Positions 18,613 through 28,946 of a stretch of DNA of 64,000 bases are shown one piece after another; position 1 is the stretch's first letter; each line of letters begins with the position of its first letter. Both the position numbers and the translations under genes were made by a program. Source of the DNA: Pseudomonadota bacterium (GTDB taxonomy: Bacteria; Pseudomonadota; Alphaproteobacteria; Rhizobiales; Devosiaceae); assembly GCA_023428425.1 (NCBI GenBank), contig JAEYYP010000017.1, positions 2,382-66,381 on the forward strand. The letters are read 5' to 3'. The notes below the pieces were generated by a model. It was not told where the DNA came from. It made no database searches and worked only from the letters and a program-made list of their open reading frames with translations.

Positions 18613-20484
18613 GTGAAGACCTCGATTGCCACGGTGTCGATCAGCGGCGACCTTGCCGAGAAACTGGAAGCCGTCGCGGCGGCGGGCTTCGACGGCGTCG
18701 AGATCTTCGAGAACGACTTCCTCACCTACGGCGCCAGCGCGGCTGAAGTCCGCCGCATGGCCGGTGATCTCGGCCTCGCAATCACCCTGTTTCAGCCGTT
18801 CCGCGACTTCGAGGGCCTGCCGGAACCCCTGCGGGCGCGAGCCTTCGAGCGGGCCCGGCGCAAGTTCGCGCTGATGAACGAGCTCGGGACGGACCTGATC
18901 CTGGTCTGCTCGAATGTATCGCCCGCTGCGCTCGGTGGCATCGACCGGGCGGCGGCCGACTTCAACGAACTCGGCGACATCGCCGCAGGCTTCGGCGTGC
19001 GGGTCGGGTACGAAGCGCTGGCCTGGGGCCGGCACGTCAACGATCACCGCGACGCCTGGGAGATCGTGCGCCGTGCCGACCATCCGCGGATCGGCCTGAT
19101 CCTCGACAGCTTCCACACGCTGTCGCGCAAGATCGACCCGAATTCCATCCGCTCGATCCCCGGCGACAAGATCTTCATCGTGCAACTCGCCGATGCGCCA
19201 CTGATCGAGATGGACCTGCTCTACTGGAGCCGGCACTTCCGCAATATGCCCGGCGAAGGCGACCTGCCGGTGGTGGACTTCATGCGCGCCGTGGCGGCGA
19301 CCGGCTACGATGGACCGCTGTCGCTGGAAATCTTCAACGACCAGTTCCGGGGCGGTTCGCCGCGCGCCATATCGGTCGACGGCAAGCGATCGCTGATCAA
19401 CCTCATGGACCAGGTCAACCGCATCGAGCCGGGCAACGCCCTGTCACCTCCCGCCATGCCGGACAGGATCGGCGTCGCGGGAGTCGAGTTCATCGAGTTT
19501 GCCGCCGACCAGGGCGAAGCCACCCAGCTCGAAGCGCTGCTCGCCGGCATGGGTTTCGTGCGCGCCGGCCGGCACCGATCGAAAAGCGTCGAGCTTTTCC
19601 GCCAGGGTGGCATCAACGTCGTGATCAACACCGAGACGGACGGGCTGGCCCATTCGACCTGGGTGACCCATGGCACCTCGGCCTATGCGATCGGCCTCAA
19701 GGTCGCGGATGCAGCGGCGGCGGTTGCACGCGCCAGGGCCCTCGGCGCCCAGCCGTTCGAACAGAAGGTGGCGGAGGGCGAATTGCGCATCCCCGCCATC
19801 CGCGGCGTAGGTGGTGGTGTCATCTACCTTCTGGACGATGGCAACGATCTCGGCCGCGTCTGGGAGCACGAGTTCACCATGGTTTCGCAGCCGCCCAAGG
19901 GGGCGGGGCTCACTCGCATCGACCACGTCGCCCAGACCATGAACTACGACGAGATGCTGACCTGGGTGCTGTTCTACCGGTCGATCTTCGCGACGCAGAA
20001 GAGCGGCGTGGTCGATGTTCCCGATCCGTCCGGACTGGTGCGGAGCCAGGTGATCGAGAATCCCGAGGGCACGCTCCGCCTGACACTCAACGGCGCCGAG
20101 AACAACCGCACCCTCGCCGGTCACTTCGTCACCAAGACTTTTGGGTCGTCTGTCCAGCACCTGGCCTTCGCCACGAATGACATCTTCGCCACCGCGGAGC
20201 AGATGAGGCTCTCGATCCTGCCGATCAGCGAAACCTACTACAGCGACGTCGAGGCGCGGCTCGGCCTCGATCCCGACTTCGTCGACCGGCTGCGCCGCCA
20301 CAACATCCTTTACGATCGCGATGGCGCGGGCGAGTTCTTCCAGTTCTACAGCCCGACCTTCGGCGAAGGCTTCTTCTTCGAAGTCGTCGAGCGCCGGGGC
20401 GGCTATTCAGGCTACGGCGCGCCCAACGCCCCCTTCCGCATCGCCGCCCAGAAACGCGCTCTGGCAAGCGCTGCGCAGCCGTAA
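18613..20484 (+). CDS. quiC: 3-dehydroshikimate dehydratase, QuiC1/QsuB type (sugar-phosphate-isomerase TIM barrel fused to an HPPD-like domain)
   Basis: SIATVS, FQPFRDFEG, YEALAWG, DSFH, SRHFR..PGEG, SLEIFND; C-terminal IDH.AQ, QHLAF, FFEVVERR.GY.GYGAPNA. Confidence 0.9.
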   Translation: MKTSIATVSISGDLAEKLEAVAAAGFDGVEIFENDFLTYGASAAEVRRMAGDLGLAITLFQPFRDFEGLPEPLRARAFERARRKFALMNELGTDLILVCSNVSPAALGGIDRAAADFNELGDIAAGFGVRVGYEALAWGRHVNDHRDAWEIVRRADHPRIGLILDSFHTLSRKIDPNSIRSIPGDKIFIVQLADAPLIEMDLLYWSRHFRNMPGEGDLPVVDFMRAVAATGYDGPLSLEIFNDQFRGGSPRAISVDGKRSLINLMDQVNRIEPGNALSPPAMPDRIGVAGVEFIEFAADQGEATQLEALLAGMGFVRAGRHRSKSVELFRQGGINVVINTETDGLAHSTWVTHGTSAYAIGLKVADAAAAVARARALGAQPFEQKVAEGELRIPAIRGVGGGVIYLLDDGNDLGRVWEHEFTMVSQPPKGAGLTRIDHVAQTMNYDEMLTWVLFYRSIFATQKSGVVDVPDPSGLVRSQVIENPEGTLRLTLNGAENNRTLAGHFVTKTFGSSVQHLAFATNDIFATAEQMRLSILPISETYYSDVEARLGLDPDFVDRLRRHNILYDRDGAGEFFQFYSPTFGEGFFFEVVERRGGYSGYGAPNAPFRIAAQKRALASAAQP

Positions 20485-20588
20485 TTGCCTCGATCAACGG
20501 ATGACCGTCTTAGGGCCAGGGTCCGGCTTGAGCTACGCTTGAAGCGCTCGCAGGAGCGAAGGTGCCGGCCTGCATCCGTGGGTCGGAT

Positions 20589-22094
20589 CTACATCGCGCC
20601 GACGACGACCTTGGGATCCTGGAGGGGTGGCTCGGGGTAGTGGAGCCCCCTCTGGCCCGACAATCCGCGGTTCTGTGTCGCCACGATCGCCGGTACTTCG
20701 ACGCCGATGAAGGTGTCGCCATCCACCGCCTTTAGATCCTCGCCATAGAGTTGCTGGCGCAGCTGCGCCTGCAACTGAGCCATTGTGCCGCCGTGGGAAG
20801 GCTCGGACGCCAGATCGACCAGTTCGTTGGGATCGCTTTCGAGATCGAAAAGCTGGAAGCGGTTGCCGGCAGGATACCAGATCAGCTTGAACCGCCCTCC
20901 ATGCAGCATGCGCATCGCCTTGGGGCCATCGAGGGCTTCGGCATAGAGGAATGGGCGCTTCTCGTCGGACACCATCGAGCGGCCCTCGCAGGTGTCGGGC
21001 ACGTCGAGGCCGGCCAGGGACAACAACGTCGGCATGATGTCCTGGAGGCCGACCAAGCGGTCGTCGACCTTGCCGATGCCGACGCGGCTGTCGCCTGCAG
21101 TGCCGACAAGGATCATCGGCACGCGGGCCGAGGCTTCGTACATCAGCCGTTTGGCGTAAAGGCCGTGATTGCCCAGCATGTCGCCGTGATCGCTGGTCAG
21201 CATGATGATCGTGTTGTCGAGCACGCCCTCCTCGCGCAGCGTGCCGATGATCACGCGAAGCTGGTGATCGATGTGGGTGCAGAGCGCATAGAAGGCGCGG
21301 CGCATGTCGCTGAGTTGCTCGGGCGGCAGGCTCTGCCAGTAGTCCCGCGTCAGCTTCAGCGGATAGGGCAGGTCATCGTAGTTGTCCGCCCACGCGCCGC
21401 GATAGGGTTGATCGACCTCCCTGTGCCTGTAGCGCTCGAGATAGCTGGCCAGCGGGATGAGCGGCGGGTGCGGCGGGGTGTAGGAGACGTGCCAGAATGC
21501 CGGTCGCGTTGGATCGCGCCGCTTTATGGTCCGCGCCGCCGCCCAGGTTGTCCAGTTGGTGACATGCAGTTCCTCCGGCAGGTGCCAGGTGCGCCAGCTG
21601 TACTCATTGTTGCTCATGCCGTGCATGAACTGCTGCCCCGGATACCCCCTGTCGGCGAGGAATATCTCGTAGTCGTCGGGGCCACCGAGCGGGCCGCGTC
21701 CTTCTTCGGCAATGAGCGCATCGTCAAAGCCGATGCGATCGCGTTGCGGATAGACGTGCAGCTTGCCGATGGCGTTGGTTTGGTAGCCGTTCCGGCTGAA
21801 GGTCCTCGCCAGGGTCGGCAGGTCGGGCGGCATCGGCAGGGCAGGCTGGAACACCCGGTCGCCGTGGCGGCGCGGGCTTGTGCCGGTCATCATCGTCCGT
21901 CGCGCCGGGATGCAGATCGGGCTTTCGGAGTAGGCTCGCGTGAAACGGCGTCCGTTGGCTGCCAGGCGATCGATTGTCGGCGTTTCGACGACAGGGTGGC
22001 CGGCGCATCCGAGCAGGTCGCCGGGCCATTGATCGACGGTGACCAGCAGCACATTGGGACGAGCCTGCGGCGCGCTCTCCGTCGAAGTCCCCAT
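20589..22094 (-). CDS. Cys-type (formylglycine-dependent) sulfatase
   Basis: RPNVLLVTVDQ, CIPAR (CxPxR), GKLH, PHPP, TSDHGDMLG; no signal peptide. Confidence 0.92.
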   Translation of the reverse strand: MGTSTESAPQARPNVLLVTVDQWPGDLLGCAGHPVVETPTIDRLAANGRRFTRAYSESPICIPARRTMMTGTSPRRHGDRVFQPALPMPPDLPTLARTFSRNGYQTNAIGKLHVYPQRDRIGFDDALIAEEGRGPLGGPDDYEIFLADRGYPGQQFMHGMSNNEYSWRTWHLPEELHVTNWTTWAAARTIKRRDPTRPAFWHVSYTPPHPPLIPLASYLERYRHREVDQPYRGAWADNYDDLPYPLKLTRDYWQSLPPEQLSDMRRAFYALCTHIDHQLRVIIGTLREEGVLDNTIIMLTSDHGDMLGNHGLYAKRLMYEASARVPMILVGTAGDSRVGIGKVDDRLVGLQDIMPTLLSLAGLDVPDTCEGRSMVSDEKRPFLYAEALDGPKAMRMLHGGRFKLIWYPAGNRFQLFDLESDPNELVDLASEPSHGGTMAQLQAQLRQQLYGEDLKAVDGDTFIGVEVPAIVATQNRGLSGQRGLHYPEPPLQDPKVVVGAM

Positions 22095-22214
22095 GGTGCC
22101 CCCCTTCCCTTGCCGGCCGCCCAGCGGAAAGATGAGCGACAGGCCTGCACACGGTGGCAATGTGCGACTATCGGTATTTGCTGGTCAACGGGCGGGGCCC
22201 GGAAGAGGAGCCGA

Positions 22215-23159
22215 ATGAACGTAGACTTTCCGACGAGTTGCTGCGCCCCTTCTCGCCTGCAGGCCACGCCAACGGCGGCCGACCGTGCGTCCATCAGGCC
22301 GCTGCAGGGGAGACGCGAAGACCCAATTCCCGTCGATGGAGGTCTGGCCTTTGTCGGGACCGATGATCCGCAGATCGCGGTCGACGGGGAAGGCAAGCGG
22401 CGGCAGGTCCATCTGGACGACTTCCAGCTCGAAGCCCAGACAGTCACCAATGCGCGCTTTGCCGATTTCGTGGACGCTACCGGCTATGTCACCGAAGCCG
22501 AGCGGTTCGGGTGGTCCGTGGTGTTCGCGGGCTTGCTGCCGATGAGGGCCGTGAGGAAGGATTCCGCCTCTGCCACCCCGTGGTGGCAGCGGGTGGACGG
22601 TGCGAGCTGGCGGACGCCCGAAGGCCCGGAAAGCACGCTGGAAGGACGCATGGACCATCCGGTGGTCCAGGTCTCATGGGCCGACGCCAGGGCGTTCGCG
22701 AGTTGGGTCGGCGGACGATTGCCGAGCGAAGCCGAATGGGAGCATGCCGCCGGCAGCGCCGATGGCCGCCGCTTCACCTGGGGGAACGATGAGCCGGATG
22801 ACGAGACCGTCCTGTGCAACATCTGGCAGGGGCGGTTTCCCCACGAGAATACCTGCCGGGACGGCTATATGGGCACGGCGCCGGCCCGCAGTTTCGCCCC
22901 CTCCGAGCGAGGCCTCTACAACCTGTTGGGGAATGTATGGGAGTGGACGGCGGACCCGTTCCGGGTGCGCTCCCTGTCCCGGAGCGCTCGGCTGCGCAAT
23001 GACCAGGCGACGCAATTGTCGGAGAAGGTGCTGAAGGGCGGCTCGTTCCTCTGTCACCGCTCCTACTGCTACCGCTATCGCATTGCCGCGCGCATGGCGC
23101 TGACACCCGACAGCGCAGCCAGCAATGCGGGCTTTCGCGTCGCCTACGACAAGGACTGA
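22215..23159 (+). CDS. Formylglycine-generating enzyme (SUMF1/FGE)
   Basis: VTNARF..FV..TGY.TEAE, HPVVQVSW.DA, RLPSEAEWE, GNVWEW, GGSFLCHRSYCYRYR..AR, GFR. True start at 22215. Confidence 0.93.
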   Translation: MNVDFPTSCCAPSRLQATPTAADRASIRPLQGRREDPIPVDGGLAFVGTDDPQIAVDGEGKRRQVHLDDFQLEAQTVTNARFADFVDATGYVTEAERFGWSVVFAGLLPMRAVRKDSASATPWWQRVDGASWRTPEGPESTLEGRMDHPVVQVSWADARAFASWVGGRLPSEAEWEHAAGSADGRRFTWGNDEPDDETVLCNIWQGRFPHENTCRDGYMGTAPARSFAPSERGLYNLLGNVWEWTADPFRVRSLSRSARLRNDQATQLSEKVLKGGSFLCHRSYCYRYRIAARMALTPDSAASNAGFRVAYDKD

Positions 23160-24625
23160 TCGGGGGCGGCCGTCACCTTGGCGATGCTGGGCGGGCGGAA
23201 CTCCGGGGCCTCGTCTTCCGAAAAGACAGGCACGAACTCGGGCTCGACCGATCCCGCCACATGGTCCAGCACCTTGCGACGCAGGATGTCGACGGTCGAC
23301 CTGTGGGCAGGGTCGTCGGCGAGGTTCACCAGCTCCTGTGGGTCAGCGAGGACGTCGGCGAGAAACCAGTCTTCCTCGTCGGCAGCGATGATCGCCCCAT
23401 CCTGCCGGGTATTCATGTCGAAGCGCCACTGGTCGGTGCGGATGCAGCAACGGCGCGGCCAGCCTCCCCCGTTGCGCCACTCGCCGCGATTGGCGGCGGC
23501 CGAGGCCTTGGCGCCGGCAACCCCGGTGCCGACCGTCGCGAAAACGGCCTCGGGCGGCGGATCGGTGAAGACCGAGCGCCCGTCGAAACTCTGGTCAGGC
23601 TCGATACCGGCGAGATCGCACAGGGTGCGGGCGAGATCGAGATTTTCCGTGAGATCGTCGCGACGCGTGCCTGCTGCAACGCGCGGAGGGTAGCTGACGA
23701 TGAAGGGGGTGCGCTGGCTCTGCGGGGCGCAGACGACCTTGCCGAACAGACCGTTCTCGCCCAGCGACGCACCGTGGTCGGAGGTGAACACGATGATGGT
23801 ATTGTCTTCGAGCCCCTGTGTCCTCAAGGCGCTGAGGACGAGTCCGACCTGGGTGTCGAGCCAGGTGGTCAATGCGTGGTAGTCGGCCTGGGCTTGTTGC
23901 AGTTGCTCGTGGGTGAAGCCGCGTCCGCCCACCATCTCGGCATAGGCCTGCTCATAGGCGCTGCCATAGCCGCGCGACAGGTTGGCGCCAGGCCAGTCTG
24001 ACGGCCGGTAGAGGTCGCGATAGTGCTGCGGCGGCAGGACCGGCGTGTGCGGCTGGAGGTAGGAGACGCGGAGGAGAAAGGGCTGCTCGCGGTCGGCCTC
24101 GGCCAGCCAGCGCAGGGCATTCCAGGTCACCTGTTCCGGTGGGTAACGGCGATCGGAAGGGAAGGTGCCGCCGACCGGCGAGGGAATGCCGGGTGGCACG
24201 ATCGGCTGCAAAGCGGCCGGATCGGTTTCGAGGCCGAAGCCATGCATGCTCGAGCCGGCATTATCCTCTTCCTGCCAGGGCGTGTAGGCGAGCGCGTAGT
24301 GGCTCTTGCCGAGGGTGGCCGTGCGGTAGCCGTGATCGGCGAAATGCTCGGGAAAAGTCTTGAGCCGCACCGGAACGGGGAAGGACTTCCATGCCCCCTC
24401 GTTGAAATAGACCCCGGTGCGTTCGGGCGCCGCGGCGGTCAGGATGCTCATGCGCGAGGGCACGCAGACCGGCGAGTTGCAGAAATTGTTGGTGAAGGTC
24501 ACGCCTCGCGCCGCGAGGGCATCGATATTGGGCGTCGCCACCGGCGCCCAGCTTTCGCCGTAGCAACCCAGCGCCGAGGCGCGCAATTCGTCGGACATGA
24601 TCCAGAGGATGTTCGGCCTGCTCAT
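23144..24625 (-). CDS. Cys-type sulfatase (second)
   Basis: RPNILWIMSDE, CVPSR, GKSH, PHTP, TSDHG; start overlaps the LacI stop. Confidence 0.92.
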   Translation of the reverse strand: MSRPNILWIMSDELRASALGCYGESWAPVATPNIDALAARGVTFTNNFCNSPVCVPSRMSILTAAAPERTGVYFNEGAWKSFPVPVRLKTFPEHFADHGYRTATLGKSHYALAYTPWQEEDNAGSSMHGFGLETDPAALQPIVPPGIPSPVGGTFPSDRRYPPEQVTWNALRWLAEADREQPFLLRVSYLQPHTPVLPPQHYRDLYRPSDWPGANLSRGYGSAYEQAYAEMVGGRGFTHEQLQQAQADYHALTTWLDTQVGLVLSALRTQGLEDNTIIVFTSDHGASLGENGLFGKVVCAPQSQRTPFIVSYPPRVAAGTRRDDLTENLDLARTLCDLAGIEPDQSFDGRSVFTDPPPEAVFATVGTGVAGAKASAAANRGEWRNGGGWPRRCCIRTDQWRFDMNTRQDGAIIAADEEDWFLADVLADPQELVNLADDPAHRSTVDILRRKVLDHVAGSVEPEFVPVFSEDEAPEFRPPSIAKVTAAPDQSLS

Positions 24626-25671
24626 GCGCTTTCCCTGCCCAGAATCTCGAAACCGAGGCGAACGGCGCGCTGCTGCGGCATGCGCCCGGCAATGCGCTCC
24701 AACATCATCCGGCCCGCCGCCATACCGGTCTCGCGATTGGGGAAGCGGACGGTGGTGAGCGACGGCTTGATCCACTGCGCCATCGGCGTGTCGCCGAACC
24801 CCGCGATGGCGACACGACCCGGCACGTCGATGCCGACATTGACGGCGTACTGGATGGCACTGACGGCCACGAGGTGACCGGCAAACAGGGCCGCGTCGAC
24901 ATCGGGCGCCTCGCGCAGGATGGCGCCGATAACCTCGCCGCCGGCGGGTGTGCCCGGATCGCTGGTGATCTCGTAGTGGAGCGGCGGCGCGAGCCCATCG
25001 TCGGCGCAAACCGCGCGCAAGCCGTCGAGGCGCGCCATCATGCGGCTGTCGTCGAGGCCGGTATGGCCAATGAAGGCGAAGCGTTTTCGGCCGCGGGCCC
25101 GCAGGTACTGCGCCAGCGAAGCCCCGGCATCGAAGTTGGAGGAGCCGACCGAAACGTCGATCGGGTTCGCCGTGTAGTCGAACATCTCGACTACCGGCGT
25201 GCGCGAGCGGGTCAGCATCTCGACGCACTCGGGCGCATGATCGCGACCGGTGAGGATGATGCCGTCGACGCGGTGGCCAAGGAACGTGCGAACGAGCTCC
25301 ATCTCGTTGTGGCGGGAGAAGTGCGAATTGCCGGTCAGGATCTGGTATCCGGCCGGCTCGAGCAGGTCGGCCACACCCTGCATGATGATGCCGTGGATCG
25401 GGTTGGCGAGGGTCGGCACGACGATGCCGACGACCATCGATTTCGAAGAGGCAAGGCTCGAGGCGAGGCGGTTCGGAATGTAGCCGAGCTGCGACGCTAC
25501 CTTCAGCACGTGGTCGAGCGTCTTCTTGCTCACCCGCGTCGGATTGCTGATGCAGCGGGACACGGTGATGGTCGAGACGCCCGCAGCGGCGGCGACTTCC
25601 TGCAGCCGCACCGGCGACAGGGCTGCCGGCGCGCTCTCTTCTCCGGCATGGCTTGACGTCTTCTCGTCCAT
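24622..25671 (-). CDS. LacI family transcriptional regulator
   Basis: LQEVAAAAGVSTITVSR, LGYIPN..A.SL, VAIAGFGD, PSLTTV. Confidence 0.93.
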   Translation of the reverse strand: MDEKTSSHAGEESAPAALSPVRLQEVAAAAGVSTITVSRCISNPTRVSKKTLDHVLKVASQLGYIPNRLASSLASSKSMVVGIVVPTLANPIHGIIMQGVADLLEPAGYQILTGNSHFSRHNEMELVRTFLGHRVDGIILTGRDHAPECVEMLTRSRTPVVEMFDYTANPIDVSVGSSNFDAGASLAQYLRARGRKRFAFIGHTGLDDSRMMARLDGLRAVCADDGLAPPLHYEITSDPGTPAGGEVIGAILREAPDVDAALFAGHLVAVSAIQYAVNVGIDVPGRVAIAGFGDTPMAQWIKPSLTTVRFPNRETGMAAGRMMLERIAGRMPQQRAVRLGFEILGRESA

Positions 25672-25690
25672 GATGATACCCAACCGACAG

Positions 25691-25708
25691 ATGGACAGCG
25701 CTATCCAT
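25691..25708. promoter_or_regulatory. LacI-type operator O2 (ATGGACAGCGCTATCCAT)
   Basis: One mismatch from a perfect palindrome with central AGCGCT; 20 bp upstream of the lacI-type gene. Confidence 0.8.
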
Positions 25709-25813
25709 GCTGTACCATGTGGTTTCCTAGTTCAACGAACGCCTCGCCGCAACTGGCTTATCTGGTCGTCAACAGGACGATGGTTCGGTCAGGCCGGCTC
25801 AGTGCGAAGCCTC

Positions 25814-25831
25814 ATGGACAGCGCTGTCCAT
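25814..25831. promoter_or_regulatory. LacI-type operator O1 (ATGGACAGCGCTGTCCAT)
   Basis: Perfect 18-bp palindrome upstream of the ABC operon. Confidence 0.85.
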
Positions 25832-25923
25832 ATCGACTCTGGAGGAGTCGGGGTGCGGTCGAAGACCGACGCCCGGAAAGAGTTCAAACGCGTCCCGGAC
25901 GGGCGCATGAAGGGGAGGACCTG

Positions 25924-27684
25924 ATGATACGTTACACGACCACGCTGGTGGCAGCGTCGGCGCTTGCCGCCTTGCTTGGGACCACCAGCCTTGCCATGGC
26001 CCAGTCGGCACCCGAGGTGCCGCGCAACCGCACGCTGATCAGCCAGGGCTGGGACTTCTACAACCAGGTCCCGTCGGTGGACAATTTCAACCCCTATGCC
26101 GGGGTGCTGCTCCACCAGCGCAACAGCCTGCACTACACCGTCAACGAAGTGCTGTTCTACACCAACCACAACACCAACGAGACGACGGGCTGGCAGGCCG
26201 ACAGCTACAGCTACAACGATGATTTCACCGAGGTGACGCTCAAGCTGCGCGACGGCGTGAAGTGGTCGGACGGCGAGGCCTTCACCGCCGAGGACGTCGC
26301 CTTCACCTTCGACATGCTGAAGGGCGCGGCCCCCGACCTGCTCTTTTCGAGCCAGATCGCCGAATGGGTGGCGTCCGCCACCGTCGTCGATCCGCTGACC
26401 GTGCTGATCAAGCTCAACAAGCCCGGCCCGCGCTGGGTGAAGGACTTCCTCGCCACCGGCCAGTCGACGCGCTTCGTCACCGTGCCCAAGCATATCTGGG
26501 ACGGCCAGGACCCCAAGACCTTCGCCAATTTCGACCTCGCCAAGGGTTGGCCGGTCGGCACCGGCCCCTACAAGCTGGTGAAGTCGGACGCGAGTTCGCT
26601 GTTCTACGATCGCCGCGACAGCTGGTGGGCAGTCGATGCCGGCCTGGTCGACGCGATACCGCAGGTCGAGCGCGTGGTCTATGTTCCGGCGACCGCCGAA
26701 GCCATGCCGCAGTTGTTCGCCACCAACCAGATCGACATGGGCCGTTCCATCCAGGCCGGCCAGTTCGAGGCCATCAAGGCGCAGAACCCGGCGCTGGTGG
26801 CATGGAACGAGCAGGGACCGGTGTGGGGCGGCCCCGATGGCTGCACCTACGCCATACGCTTCAACACCCAGGTCGCGCCCTTCGACAATGCCGGCCTGCG
26901 TCACGCGATCAACGCCGCGATGGACCGCGACCAGATCGTCAACCTCGCCTACGAAGGCTCGATGCTGAAGGCGACACTGCCGTTCTCGTCCTATCCGGGC
27001 ATGACGAACTATGTCGACCAGCTGCAGGACGTGGCCGGCGTCGCCGATATCGGCGAACACAGCCCCGAACTGGTCGAGAAGTACATGACCGAGGCGGGTT
27101 TCGTGAAGGGCGGCGACGGCAAGTGGGCCAACGCCGACGGCTCGCCGCTCCAGGTCGAGCTTTCGGCAGCGCAAGGCGATCCGTCGGGGCCGGTTCTGTC
27201 GCAGCAGTTGCAGGCGGCGGGCTTCGACGCGCTGCTCAACGTCCAGCAGGGCACGGCGCTCAACGAGGCGATGGCCGCCGGCAACTACCAGATGAACATG
27301 GGTCCGCATTGCGGCAGCCTCTATGATCCCTGGCAGACGCTCGAGCACTTTCACTCGAAGTATGCGGCTCCGGCCGGCGAGGTGTCCAAGAATCTCCGCG
27401 CCGTGACCCGCTACGACAACCCCGAGCTCGACGCCGTACTCGACCAACTCGAGCAGATGCAGCCCTCGCCCGACGACGCGACCTATATCGGCCTCGTGAA
27501 GCAGGCGACCGAAATCTTCGCCCGCGACCTGCCGGAAATCCCGCTCGTCGAGGAGACCCAGACGCTGGTCTACAACACCACCTACTGGAAGGGCTGGCCC
27601 TCGGCCACCAACCCCTACATGGCCTCGTTCATCCCGTGGGAAGGCTTCGCCCGCGTGGTGCAGAGCCTGCAGCCGACCCAATAA
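25924..27684 (+). CDS. ABC transporter substrate-binding protein, family 5 (Opp/Dpp type, probably oligosaccharide-binding)
   Basis: Signal peptide, LRDGVKWSDGEAFTAEDVAFTF, PVGTGPY, YWKGWPS..NPY tail. Confidence 0.92.
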   Translation: MIRYTTTLVAASALAALLGTTSLAMAQSAPEVPRNRTLISQGWDFYNQVPSVDNFNPYAGVLLHQRNSLHYTVNEVLFYTNHNTNETTGWQADSYSYNDDFTEVTLKLRDGVKWSDGEAFTAEDVAFTFDMLKGAAPDLLFSSQIAEWVASATVVDPLTVLIKLNKPGPRWVKDFLATGQSTRFVTVPKHIWDGQDPKTFANFDLAKGWPVGTGPYKLVKSDASSLFYDRRDSWWAVDAGLVDAIPQVERVVYVPATAEAMPQLFATNQIDMGRSIQAGQFEAIKAQNPALVAWNEQGPVWGGPDGCTYAIRFNTQVAPFDNAGLRHAINAAMDRDQIVNLAYEGSMLKATLPFSSYPGMTNYVDQLQDVAGVADIGEHSPELVEKYMTEAGFVKGGDGKWANADGSPLQVELSAAQGDPSGPVLSQQLQAAGFDALLNVQQGTALNEAMAAGNYQMNMGPHCGSLYDPWQTLEHFHSKYAAPAGEVSKNLRAVTRYDNPELDAVLDQLEQMQPSPDDATYIGLVKQATEIFARDLPEIPLVEETQTLVYNTTYWKGWPSATNPYMASFIPWEGFARVVQSLQPTQ

Positions 27685-27691
27685 CCAAAGC

Positions 27692-27716
27692 GCCGGAGGC
27701 GGCTATCGCCTCCGGC
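27692..27716 (+). other. Intercistronic stem-loop
   Basis: GCCGGAGGCG-GCTAT-CGCCTCCGGC, a 10-bp perfect stem with no U-tract, after the binding-protein gene. Confidence 0.65.
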
Positions 27717-27745
27717 CCACTCCCCGACAGGTCAGCCAGGCAGAA

Positions 27746-28933
27746 ATGGTCAAGATCAAGGACATCCGCGCCTTCGCCATCCGCAGCGAGATGGTCGGCG
27801 CGCTCTACAAGGAAGGCACGCAGCCCAAGGTCGAGCCGCGCCGCGCGCCCTGGACCAAGGATGCCGAGGTAGCAGGCCCCATGTCGGGCTACGAGCGCTT
27901 CAAGCGCCACCGTTCGAGCTGGCGCTTCGACGGCGCGGTCGGCGTGCTGGTGACGGCCGATGACGGCACGACCGGTTTTGGCGTCACCCGCAACGGCCAG
28001 CCGGTAATCAGCCTCATCAACGACCACTTCGCACCACTTCTCGTCGGCGAGAACGCCATGGCGACCGATCGGGTCTGGGACATGATGATGCGCATGTCGA
28101 TGCCCTATGGGTCGACCGGCCTCACGTCATACGCCATCAGCGCGGTAGACCTCGCGATGTGGGACCTGAAGGGCAAGATCCTCAGGACCCCGGTCTATGA
28201 ACTGGCGGGCGGCCCGGCCCGCGAAAGTCAGTTCTGCTACGCCACCGGCAACGACACCGACTGGCACATGGAGCTCGGCTTCAAGGCCACCAAGCTCGCC
28301 TGCCCCTACGGCACGTTCGACGGGCTCGATGCCGTGCACAAGAATGCCGAGTTCGTAGGCCGGACCCGCGAGTTCATCGGCGACGATATCGAGCTGATGC
28401 TTGACTGCTGGCTCGCCTTCGACGTCGAGTTCGCCGTGCGACAGGCCGAGGCCCTGCGGCCCTACAAGCTCAAGTGGATCGAGGACTGCCTCAATCCGGA
28501 AAACTTCGACGCTCACGAGATGCTGCGCCAGCGCCTGCCGTGGCAGACTCTGGCGACCGGCGAGCACTGGTACACGCCACAGCCCTTCGCCCACGCCGCC
28601 AAGCGGCAGGTTGCCGATATCCTCCAGCCCGATATCTGCTGGGTGGGCGGCTTCACCGCCTGCCAGCGCATCGTCCATATCGCCGAGGGTGCCGGGCTCG
28701 AGGTGATGTTGCATGCCGGCATGAATACGCCCTATGGCCAGCATTTCAGCTTCAGCCAGTCGAATGTGCGCTGGGGCGAGTATTTCGTCGGCAGCGGCGC
28801 CGGCGTGCCGCTGTCGCAGAGCCAGGTATTTCCCGGCATCGCCGTGCCGGTCGACGGCAAGCTGGTGCCGAACGGCGACCCCGGTTTCGGCCTCGGCCTG
28901 ACCGACGCCGTGCTCGACGACCTCCACGCCTGA
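27746..28933 (+). CDS. Mandelate racemase/enolase-superfamily acid-sugar dehydratase (L-rhamnonate dehydratase-like)
   Basis: AISAVDLAMWDL.GK, CYATG, GFKATKL, LMLDCW, KWIED, TGEHWY, QPDICWVGG. Confidence 0.85.
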   Translation: MVKIKDIRAFAIRSEMVGALYKEGTQPKVEPRRAPWTKDAEVAGPMSGYERFKRHRSSWRFDGAVGVLVTADDGTTGFGVTRNGQPVISLINDHFAPLLVGENAMATDRVWDMMMRMSMPYGSTGLTSYAISAVDLAMWDLKGKILRTPVYELAGGPARESQFCYATGNDTDWHMELGFKATKLACPYGTFDGLDAVHKNAEFVGRTREFIGDDIELMLDCWLAFDVEFAVRQAEALRPYKLKWIEDCLNPENFDAHEMLRQRLPWQTLATGEHWYTPQPFAHAAKRQVADILQPDICWVGGFTACQRIVHIAEGAGLEVMLHAGMNTPYGQHFSFSQSNVRWGEYFVGSGAGVPLSQSQVFPGIAVPVDGKLVPNGDPGFGLGLTDAVLDDLHA

Positions 28934-28946
28934 GGGGTTTGCCGCA

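Noticed and set aside
18613..20484. 4-hydroxyphenylpyruvate dioxygenase call
   Set aside because: The N-terminal isomerase barrel and the aroE/aroQ/pca context fit QuiC1/QsuB dehydroshikimate dehydratase, a known fusion.
20751..22214. Apparent 802-aa FGE with a long N-terminal extension
   Set aside because: The extension is antisense to the sulfatase; the real start is ATG 22215 after GAGGAG.
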